Origin: a virus | Virus record (IMG/VR): IMGVR_UViG_3300044766_000192 | Span: 1 to 64,000 of that record | DNA length: 64,000 bases | Reading direction: 5' to 3' (one strand) | Shown: positions 36,898 through 44,228 of the stretch, piece by piece | Position numbering within the stretch: position 1 is the stretch's first letter | Layout: each line of letters opens with the position of its first letter | Translations under genes and position numbers: made by a program | Notes under the pieces: generated by a model | Told to the model about the DNA's origin: nothing | What the model saw: only the letters and a program-made list of their open reading frames with translations | Databases searched by the model: none

Positions 36898-36986
36898 CAA
36901 GCACGCTCCGCGGGTTCGATCTCGTCGTGCGCCATCGTCAATACGGGAACGCCCAAGTAGATCCAAACGAGAAACAGCGCCAACAT
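36897..36986 (-). CDS. 29-aa single-TM peptide; not in ORF track
   Basis: TAGGCT-N6-ATG; MLALFLVWIYLGVPVLT. Confidence 0.5.
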   Translation of the reverse strand: MLALFLVWIYLGVPVLTMAHDEIEPAERA

Positions 36987-37019
36987 GATCGAAGCCTACA
37001 GCATCGATCCGACAATGCG

Positions 37020-37448
37020 CTATGTCGTGCCGATTGCGCCGAGATCGATGATGTCGAGGTACGCCACGCTAGAGCTGGCGTTGATCGTCGCCTCGACCGT
37101 TGGCTTGCCGTTGACGTCGACGTTCGCATCGACCCAGACATCATCGGATCCCGAGCGTGGCGTCGTGATCATCTTCGCGCGCGGTGCGTTCTTGTTGCCG
37201 ACGCTGGCGCCCGAGTTGTCTGCGCACAGGATGTCGCGAGCTTGATCCTGCGTGAGCGGCGTGCCGGCCGGTATGGTTCCGATACCGTCATCCTTTGCAC
37301 GAGCAATCTCTCGAAGCTCTCCGGCGAGGGCATCGGTCTGGAGCTGGGCGTTCGAGATCGTTACCGTGCCGCCTCCCTCCCCGTCCGATGTGATGAGGTA
37401 GCGGAGATGATCGTGGCCCTGGAAAACGAGTTGCGCGCTGATGCCCAT
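37020..37448 (-). CDS. Virion protein, paralog 3 of tandem triplet
   Basis: FQGHDHLRY...LTQ..AR.ILCAD..GA..G...APRA; AAGGAG SD. Confidence 0.75.
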   Translation of the reverse strand: MGISAQLVFQGHDHLRYLITSDGEGGGTVTISNAQLQTDALAGELREIARAKDDGIGTIPAGTPLTQDQARDILCADNSGASVGNKNAPRAKMITTPRSGSDDVWVDANVDVNGKPTVEATINASSSVAYLDIIDLGAIGTT

Positions 37449-37485
37449 AGTGATCTCCTTGTCTCCTTGAACGCTTGCGAGGTGC

Positions 37486-37920
37486 TTACGCGCCGATCCC
37501 GCCGATGAATTCTACGTCGACGTAGCCGATCTCGCCGCCGGTTGCCGCGCCTTTGTTGACGACGATCGTCGGATTGCCACCACCGTCGACGTTTGCATCG
37601 ACGTCCCAATCGCCGGCACCGCGGCCCGTGACGATCAACGCAGCTCTTGGAGCCTTGTTGTTGCCGGCATTGGCGCCGAAATCATCGGCGCAGAGAATCG
37701 CGCGCGAATCGGCTTGCGTGAGCGGCGTGGCCGGCGGGAACAGCCCGAGCCCGTCGATCGCCGCGCGAACGATGGCGCGAAGCGGTCCGGCTTGCACGGC
37801 AGCGAGGAGCTGCGCGTTGCTGATGATCGTTTGCGCACCCCCCAAACCGGACCCGCATACGATCTTGAAACGGAGGTTGTTGTGCCCGGCGAACGCGAGT
37901 GAGGCGACTCCTGCGGTCAT
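37486..37920 (-). CDS. Virion protein, paralog 2 of tandem triplet
   Basis: FAGHNNLRF...APRA...VDANVDG. Confidence 0.75.
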   Translation of the reverse strand: MTAGVASLAFAGHNNLRFKIVCGSGLGGAQTIISNAQLLAAVQAGPLRAIVRAAIDGLGLFPPATPLTQADSRAILCADDFGANAGNNKAPRAALIVTGRGAGDWDVDANVDGGGNPTIVVNKGAATGGEIGYVDVEFIGGIGA

Positions 37921-37922
37921 GA

Positions 37923-38363
37923 CTACGCTCCAATCCCGTCGATGAAGTCGACGTCGAGGTAAGTGACACCATCTTCGGTGCCGGTGATGATGATCTCCGG
38001 GTTGGCGCTGCCGTCGACATTGACGTCAACCGAGAACCCGGCCGCGCTGCGCGGCGCGAGCTGAAGTCGCGCACGTGGAGCCTGACGACTACCGACGCTG
38101 GCGCCGGTATCGTCGGCGACGAGGATGTCGCGGCACTCGGCCTGCGTTAGCGCAAGCGGTGCGACCGTTCCGATGCCGTCGACACCTGCACGAGCGATCT
38201 CGTGGATCGGTCCGGCGAGCGCATCGGTCTGAAGATCCGGCGTCGCGCCGCCCGTACTCGGGATGGTCACGGTACCACCGGGGGCTGTTCGACCGCCCTC
38301 CGTCGTGATCTTGTAGCGCAAGTTGTTGTGGCCCTGATAGACGAGCACGGCGGTAGTGGGCAT
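37923..38363 (-). CDS. Virion protein, paralog 1 of tandem triplet
   Basis: YQGHNNLRY...APRA...VDVNVDG; AAGGAG SD. Confidence 0.75.
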   Translation of the reverse strand: MPTTAVLVYQGHNNLRYKITTEGGRTAPGGTVTIPSTGGATPDLQTDALAGPIHEIARAGVDGIGTVAPLALTQAECRDILVADDTGASVGSRQAPRARLQLAPRSAAGFSVDVNVDGSANPEIIITGTEDGVTYLDVDFIDGIGA

Positions 38364-38443
38364 AGATTCAGGTTCTCCTTACGCGTTCTTCGCTTGGAGA
38401 ATACGTTGAAAACCCAAGCCACGTCAAATGCTTCGACTGGCGT

Positions 38444-39193
38444 TCACTTGTGGATGTTGTTGCGCGTCCAATCGATCGCGGCTTTGCCGCCACCCGCAAC
38501 GATGACCGCTGTGATGTCAGCGGGCCCGGGCCCCATCGGGCTCGACGTCGGGTAGCCCTTGAGCAAACCGCCGTCGGGATCTCCGCAGTACTGCCATCCC
38601 CACGGCGTCGGCATCGCCGCCGGATTCTGAAGCCTCCAGCCGATACGCTGATAAATCGTCGACGGGAGATCAGCTGCATAGTGAGCGACTTCGAGCAAGC
38701 CGCAGCCCATCGTCGCCTTCACGCCGCGCTCAGCAAGGTAGATGTTGCCGTAGAGCATTATCGATCGGCCAGTGACCGCACGGATCCTCGCGGCGAACGT
38801 CGAGACCGAGTCGATGATCTGTTGTGCGCTCGCGTTGGGCGGATTCTCCGCGCTCTCGACGTCGATCATCAATTGCAGATCCCCGGGGCCTTCACCGCCA
38901 GCCTCGGCGAGTAGCTGAAGCAGCTTGTTCGCCTGTAACAGCGGATCTTGATCGACGCGATGATAGTGATACGCCTGGCGGAAGAAATCGATGCCGTAGC
39001 GGGCTCCGGCAAGAATTCGTGCCGGCAGCCAGTGCTTGAGGAACCATTCTTTCTCGGACTGCCGCGGGTAGTACGTCCCCTCGGTGGCCTTCATCGAGAT
39101 GCCGTGCCAGGGCGGGCCAGCGGCGACGAGCTTCGCGATGTCCACGACGGGCGACTTGGCATACACGTCGACGATCAGGGGATCTACGACCAT
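38444..39193 (-). CDS. GH25 muramidase (endolysin)
   Basis: IVDVY, KATEG, AYH, IDVE, WQY. Confidence 0.85.
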   Translation of the reverse strand: MVVDPLIVDVYAKSPVVDIAKLVAAGPPWHGISMKATEGTYYPRQSEKEWFLKHWLPARILAGARYGIDFFRQAYHYHRVDQDPLLQANKLLQLLAEAGGEGPGDLQLMIDVESAENPPNASAQQIIDSVSTFAARIRAVTGRSIMLYGNIYLAERGVKATMGCGLLEVAHYAADLPSTIYQRIGWRLQNPAAMPTPWGWQYCGDPDGGLLKGYPTSSPMGPGPADITAVIVAGGGKAAIDWTRNNIHK

Positions 39194-39231
39194 GCTTCCA
39201 TCCTAACACCGGCTCGCGCTATAACGCCGCC

Positions 39232-39684
39232 ATGAAAATCGCAGCTCCGATCACCTTGTTCACCCTCATACTTCTGCTCTGCTTCGCCGCCGTTGCGGTC
39301 CCATCCTGCGGGAGCATCGACTGCAAAGATCCGAAGAACGGCAGCAACGCCAAGTGCGCCATCGAGAACGCAGTCATCGACTGCACGACGAAGACCGCGC
39401 AAGACTTCGTCGCGCAGCACGTCGGCGACGTCTCCAAGTTCTTTGGGCCCAACGGAATCGACTGGGCTGCAATCGAGCAAGCGCTCGTTAATCTCGTTCT
39501 ACCCGAAGCGATCTGCGTGCTCGAAACGGCGTGGGATAGCTACTTTGCGACGATCGCCCCAACACCGACGCTCGCAGATGATCGTGCAGCTTCATGGGCA
39601 CGCCGGCATGCCTCGGCTGACAAGGCAAAGAAGGACGCGCTCAGCGGCAAGCTCTGGCCTGGCAAGAAAGCTAGGCTCCGCTAA
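39232..39684 (+). CDS. Secreted/lipoprotein, possible lysis accessory
   Basis: Signal peptide ending VPSC; divergent from endolysin; TATAAC-N6-ATG. Confidence 0.55.
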   Translation: MKIAAPITLFTLILLLCFAAVAVPSCGSIDCKDPKNGSNAKCAIENAVIDCTTKTAQDFVAQHVGDVSKFFGPNGIDWAAIEQALVNLVLPEAICVLETAWDSYFATIAPTPTLADDRAASWARRHASADKAKKDALSGKLWPGKKARLR

Positions 39685-39688
39685 CGAA

Positions 39689-40144
39689 TCAACGAATTCG
39701 GCAGCTCTTGCCGTAGCGCGCTCGTTCATCGTCGAAGAATCGTTGCTCTGGCTTGAGCAAGCGAACGCCGCGCATCGCGTGCTCGGTGAGCTGCAACATG
39801 ACCTCGGCATCGCGACAAGCCCCACGATCGAGCGCGCGGCGCAGCCCTTTGATACCGTCTCGAATCGACTGGTAGCACCGCGTCTGCGGCCCGATGTCAC
39901 GCAGCCCGTGAGACATCGACGTCCACATGCGCTCGCGATTCTCTGAGCGTTGCTCGTGAGCCTGACGGATTAGCTTTACGATCTGGTTCGGGCTGACCCG
40001 CCTGTGGATGCGCGTGTAGATCTGCGCTAGCTTCTTGGCCGGCAGTGGTCGCGCCTCGCCCGCGTTCCACGCTTCAGCCCGGCGCGCGAATTCGACAGGC
40101 GACCGCGCCTCGCGCGCGATCATCATAGGGATCGAAGCAGTCAC
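39689..40144 (-). CDS. Basic hypothetical protein
   Basis: Coupled to holin-like gene. Confidence 0.5.
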   Translation of the reverse strand: MTASIPMMIAREARSPVEFARRAEAWNAGEARPLPAKKLAQIYTRIHRRVSPNQIVKLIRQAHEQRSENRERMWTSMSHGLRDIGPQTRCYQSIRDGIKGLRRALDRGACRDAEVMLQLTEHAMRGVRLLKPEQRFFDDERARYGKSCRIR

Positions 40145-40404
40145 GCTGGCGGAATGGTAACAGTTAGCGGAACCTTGATCACAGCCGACGGGAGCACCGA
40201 AGTGATCGGCACAGCGCGCTTATGAGCCGTCATGAGGTCCGTGACGCTCGTTGCGGTCTTACCGATGACGTAGGACCCAAAAATGATCTGCGCGAAGCTC
40301 ATCCACTGATCGGTGGCCATCTTGCCGAGAGCCGCCAAGATCGTCGCCGCGATGATGAGCGAGATCGCGAAGATCTCGCGAAATAGATCGGTCGCTACAC
40401 TCAT
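40141..40404 (-). CDS. Holin-like 2-TM protein
   Basis: Two TMs with G....QW...G.Y..G pattern near endolysin. Confidence 0.55.
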   Translation of the reverse strand: MSVATDLFREIFAISLIIAATILAALGKMATDQWMSFAQIIFGSYVIGKTATSVTDLMTAHKRAVPITSVLPSAVIKVPLTVTIPPA

Positions 40405-40416
40405 GTCGCGAGCGTA

Positions 40417-41067
40417 TCACAGCTCGGGCGGCGGCAGTACGAGGCGCTCGGGCTCGGCTAGAACATCAATGACGTCGTCGTCGGCATCATCGTCCATCTC
40501 GTCGGTGCCGTCTGACTCGGGCAGGAAGCCCGAGCGATCGACGCGCCCGAGCACACGGCTATCTGATGCGCCGGCCACGACTGCGAGCCCGGCAAGGCCC
40601 GCGATCGTCACGCCACTCGCGATTAGCCGTTTCTTGGTGAACACGCGCTTGGCAAATGCGATCGGATCTTCGGGCTGAGGTTGAGTCAGCGGCGGCGGCG
40701 AGCGCACGGCGTTCGAATCGCGCGCGAGAATCTGATCGATGTAGCCCGTGAGCATGTCCGCGTGCTGAGCGATCCCGATGATCGTCTGCTCGGCTGGCGC
40801 GTAGATTAACGCGCCCAGATCGCGCAGCACGCCCGGATAGCCCTGTGCGATACGCGCGACGATCATCTGCAAGCCGAGCGCGACCGACGGTCCGATGATG
40901 CCGTCGATGACGATCGCCGTTTTGGGCGGCCCGGGAATCTGCGGGAGCAGCCGACTGAGCTGGAGCTGCAAAACTTTGTACGTGCTCACGACTTCAGGCG
41001 TGAGCGCCGTGCAGAGCACGATCCCAGATCGCAACTCGCAGGCAAAATCTTGATCGCGCGTGAACAT
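40417..41067 (-). CDS. Membrane-anchored protein with peptidoglycan-binding-like domain
   Basis: LQLQL...IDGIIGPSV, Pro linker, TM, acidic tail. Confidence 0.6.
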   Translation of the reverse strand: MFTRDQDFACELRSGIVLCTALTPEVVSTYKVLQLQLSRLLPQIPGPPKTAIVIDGIIGPSVALGLQMIVARIAQGYPGVLRDLGALIYAPAEQTIIGIAQHADMLTGYIDQILARDSNAVRSPPPLTQPQPEDPIAFAKRVFTKKRLIASGVTIAGLAGLAVVAGASDSRVLGRVDRSGFLPESDGTDEMDDDADDDVIDVLAEPERLVLPPPEL

Positions 41068-41072
41068 CAATT

Positions 41073-41615
41073 TTAGCGCCAACTGGCGACAGCTGTACGC
41101 TGGTGCTTCTTTACGTGCGATGCAATGGCTGCGATTACGCCGACGACGAGAACCACGCCGCCCGCGTAGGGCGCCCACGATGGGAGCCCGAGCCCGAGAA
41201 AGCTCGTGGCCTTGTCAATCTTTGCCTTCGTAGCAGCCAAGATGATCCCGCGGGTTGCCGGGGGTTTCTTCGCAACTATGATCGTCGTCGGTGGTGGCGG
41301 CTGAACGGCCCCGAATCCGAGGGTATCAGCCGCCTGGCTGAGATTCGCCAGAAGCGCGGCGGCGTTCGCCGTCACATCTGCTGGGGTGTTGATCGCGCCC
41401 CAAAGCGTGGTGGCGTCTGCGCTGAGCTGCAACATCGCCGGATTCGGGCAGTTGTCGAATGAGGGGCATCCGGCCTGCACGATGTCGAGCGCCATGATCG
41501 CGCCGGCATAGGTATCAGGGCCGATGACGTCGTCGACGCCGATTCGGTCGAAGCCGATCATGGAGTCACCAGAGAAACGGTTGATCGCGTTCTGTAGATC
41601 AGCGGCTACGCCCAT
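41073..41615 (-). CDS. Membrane-anchored protein with peptidoglycan-binding-like domain
   Basis: LQNAIN...VDDVIGPDT, PPPP linker, C-terminal TM plus basic tail. Confidence 0.65.
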   Translation of the reverse strand: MGVAADLQNAINRFSGDSMIGFDRIGVDDVIGPDTYAGAIMALDIVQAGCPSFDNCPNPAMLQLSADATTLWGAINTPADVTANAAALLANLSQAADTLGFGAVQPPPPTTIIVAKKPPATRGIILAATKAKIDKATSFLGLGLPSWAPYAGGVVLVVGVIAAIASHVKKHQRTAVASWR

Positions 41616-41662
41616 GCCCTGAAACTATCACAGAGACTCAGGCTTGCGGTAACCTACGGGAG

Positions 41663-42337
41663 ATGACCTTCTCTCAGCGAGTCGAGGACTGGCGCCTGAT
41701 CGCAGAGGCGTTTGCTGCTGACGCCCCAACTGATTTCTTGCTCGACTGGATAGCCAAGGAATCAGGTGGCAATCGCTGCAACCTGACGACGAGTGCAGGG
41801 TTCCCGGAGGTCGGCCTGCTCCAGCTCGATCCCGGGAACATGGCTCGTGCCGGCACCGACCAAGCTACACTACGCTCTGGCTGCTACGGTCAAACCGACA
41901 ACGGCACGGCAGACGATCAGATTACTGCAATGTCAACCGGCGTCGACTACGTGAACGCGTTGAAGGCACTCGCGCATCAGAAGCTCAGCAGTGTCGGCGT
42001 CGACTGGGACGAGAGCACCGCCGACTTCTGGTCACTCGTTCGTTTGCTGCACGCAGCTGGTGAGAGCGCCGCCGACTCGTGGCTTGGGATCGCCGTCGCC
42101 AATCTTGGACGAGGCCCTCAGAGCTGGGACGAATTCATCGCGAATGGTTGCTGCGATGGACGCGGCCAAAACTACTTCAGCCACTGGACCGGCGTTGCCG
42201 CCGAGAACGGTACGTGGGGCGCGGGCTATATGAAGCCGTCTTCAGCGGCCGAAGCGATTTTCATGACGATTTTGGGGCTCGGGCTCGGGGCGCTCGCGGG
42301 GCGCTGGGCCGCGAAGCGCTATCTGCACTCGGTGTGA
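41663..42337 (+). CDS. Lysozyme-fold/lytic transglycosylase-like protein with C-terminal TM
   Basis: IAKESGGN...VGLLQL...HAAG. Confidence 0.7.
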   Translation: MTFSQRVEDWRLIAEAFAADAPTDFLLDWIAKESGGNRCNLTTSAGFPEVGLLQLDPGNMARAGTDQATLRSGCYGQTDNGTADDQITAMSTGVDYVNALKALAHQKLSSVGVDWDESTADFWSLVRLLHAAGESAADSWLGIAVANLGRGPQSWDEFIANGCCDGRGQNYFSHWTGVAAENGTWGAGYMKPSSAAEAIFMTILGLGLGALAGRWAAKRYLHSV

Positions 42338-42349
42338 TAGGCTTGGGCC

Positions 42350-42454
42350 ATGAGCACCTCGCCCCTACCCAAACCACCACCGCCCGTCAAGCAACCGCTC
42401 CAGCCGATTCGATCAGGCAAGCAGGGCTGTTGCACGCGGCCGATCAAACGTTGA
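42350..42454 (+). CDS. 34-aa Pro/basic peptide; not in ORF track
   Basis: TGA-TAGGCT-N6-ATG; MSTSPLPKPPPP...GCCTRPIKR. Confidence 0.5.
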   Translation: MSTSPLPKPPPPVKQPLQPIRSGKQGCCTRPIKR

Positions 42455-42464
42455 TACTCAGCGC

Positions 42465-42650
42465 ATGGCAAAGCGAAAGAAGCGTCGGAAGGGTACGAAG
42501 CGGGCTCGCCGTGGTGGTGGAGGCTCGCAGCGCGCGAAGTTCAAGAGTGCAGCAGCCACATGCCGCCGAAAAGTCGGAGAGAGCGGTGCTGTCGCCTTCT
42601 CGCCGAAGTCGTGGAGCATGTTCGGCAAGTGCATGAAGTCCGAGCTGTAG
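42465..42650 (+). CDS. Small basic protein (MAKRKKRRK...)
   Basis: K/R-rich; QRAKFK.AA..C...F..CMK. Confidence 0.7.
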   Translation: MAKRKKRRKGTKRARRGGGGSQRAKFKSAAATCRRKVGESGAVAFSPKSWSMFGKCMKSEL

Positions 42651-42657
42651 CAGTTCG

Positions 42658-42930
42658 CTAGAAATCTTCGACGTCGACATTCGGATCGGTGGGCTCATCC
42701 TCGGGCTCACCGAACGATTCGACGCTCGCGCGTTCTAGTGCCTCAGCTTCGATCTTGAGCAGCTCGCCAGTATCGCGCTCGTTGGGGGTAAAGCAGATCG
42801 GGCATAGGTGCTCGTCGAGCTGATGATCGCGGCTCGCAAACGCGCCCGAGATCGGCTTGCCGCACGCAGTCTTCGTGCCCTGGCGGCGATGCCAGAGCCC
42901 GTCAGGGCCGATCTTGATCTGATAGTTCAC
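42658..42930 (-). CDS. Small Zn-binding protein
   Basis: WH...TACG...CPIC. Confidence 0.55.
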   Translation of the reverse strand: MNYQIKIGPDGLWHRRQGTKTACGKPISGAFASRDHQLDEHLCPICFTPNERDTGELLKIEAEALERASVESFGEPEDEPTDPNVDVEDF

Positions 42931-42933
42931 GAA

Positions 42934-43545
42934 TCAGCATCGAGCTGCGAGGAGCGTGATCAACGTCGAAATGATCGCGACGATCGAGCTGACAATCGCT
43001 GCGAACTTGAGTTTGAGCTTGCGCTGCGCCTTACGCTCGTCGCTCGTATCGCGGATCTCGCTGATCGCCTTTTCCTTGCCGACGTCAATCTCGCTGATCG
43101 CGCGCTCCTTACCGACGTCGACTTGAGCCGCGAACGTCACGCGCTGGTGGTGTTCGAGTGTCTTGACGAGCGTCGGGAGGATGTCGAGCTTGCCGTTCAC
43201 CTCAGCGACGGCTTCACGCATGTCGCCGACGTGGCCGCTCAACGCTTTTACGTCACCTTTGACGTCGGCGACGTTACCTTTGACCTCCGCAATATCGGTC
43301 TTCAATTCCGTGCGAACAGCGGCGATCTGCCCGCTAGTTTCCCTGCGCAGATCTTCGATGATGACCAACGTCGTGCTCGCGGTCTGCTTGATACCTCGTG
43401 CGCGAGCATCGAGATCTTCGTTGGACACCGTTCCGGGCGGCGCCGGCTTTGGGGTCAGGTCGTCATCCCACGAATCCGCGGCTGACTGCGCGCGTACGCT
43501 GGCCGGTGGGGTCTTCTCGGTACGTACATCTCGCTTGTCGGCCAT
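42934..43545 (-). CDS. Coiled-coil protein with C-terminal TM
   Basis: Heptad (D/E)VKG repeats; TAGAAT-N6-ATG. Confidence 0.65.
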   Translation of the reverse strand: MADKRDVRTEKTPPASVRAQSAADSWDDDLTPKPAPPGTVSNEDLDARARGIKQTASTTLVIIEDLRRETSGQIAAVRTELKTDIAEVKGNVADVKGDVKALSGHVGDMREAVAEVNGKLDILPTLVKTLEHHQRVTFAAQVDVGKERAISEIDVGKEKAISEIRDTSDERKAQRKLKLKFAAIVSSIVAIISTLITLLAARC

Positions 43546-43564
43546 TCGCCGATTCTAGCGCAAG

Positions 43565-43789
43565 TCAGCTGAGGGCTGTGATGCGGCATTGCGGGCACGG
43601 CATTCGCTTGACCCCATGATGAACATCAGCTCGATTTTGTACGAAGACGGCGTCGGGCACCTGAAGTACAGGCGCGCTCGTCGCGTCGTAGTTTTTGCCG
43701 CAGTAGGTACCGATCTCAATATGGAGCCGCACGCGGCCCGTTGATCGAATCACGTGGAGTGCACCGTCTCGATCGATTGCAGCAATCAT
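43565..43789 (-). CDS. Small Zn-binding protein
   Basis: LH...TYCG...CPQC. Confidence 0.45.
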   Translation of the reverse strand: MIAAIDRDGALHVIRSTGRVRLHIEIGTYCGKNYDATSAPVLQVPDAVFVQNRADVHHGVKRMPCPQCRITALS

Positions 43790-44151
43790 GTTTGGGCTCC
43801 GTGGGCCATCATCAAAATCCACTGAATCTGATTGTTCGCGAGCGAGCCTTCAGCTTTGAACGAGCCGATGCCGCGCGATAGCACGAGCGTCGTCGGCGTC
43901 GCCGTGACGCCATACTTGTCGGCGAATGCCTGCACGTCGACGTTCGGGCTTGCTGCGTCATAAACCAAAACCGGGATCGCTCCTTGCGGGATCGGTTGGC
44001 CTTCCACGTAGACGACAAACGGGAAGCCCTGTTGCCGGAGCGCTTCGACCTCGACGAGAAACCGCGGCAGATAGCTTTCACACGCCGGACACTCGCCCAT
44101 CGCGAAGATCGCGATCACCACGTGCTGACCGTTCAGCTCGATTTGACTCAC
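43786..44151 (-). CDS. Thioredoxin-like protein
   Basis: ECPAC active site, FADKYGVTATPT. Confidence 0.8.
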   Translation of the reverse strand: MSQIELNGQHVVIAIFAMGECPACESYLPRFLVEVEALRQQGFPFVVYVEGQPIPQGAIPVLVYDAASPNVDVQAFADKYGVTATPTTLVLSRGIGSFKAEGSLANNQIQWILMMAHGAQT

Positions 44152-44158
44152 GCTCCAT

Positions 44159-44217
44159 GATCTAGCAGATTGCTCTGACAGCTAGCAGCACGGGGTGTCG
44201 GAGAGTTGTGATAGGAG
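44159..44217. promoter_or_regulatory. Divergent pair of class A promoters (TGTCAG-N10-TAGATC on -, TGTCGG-N10-TAGGAG on +)
   Basis: Same 22-bp geometry on both strands. Confidence 0.65.
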
Positions 44218-44228
44218 CATTCAAGCCG

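Noticed and set aside
42934-43545. Coiled-coil protein as tape measure
   Set aside because: Only 203 aa and no tail genes nearby
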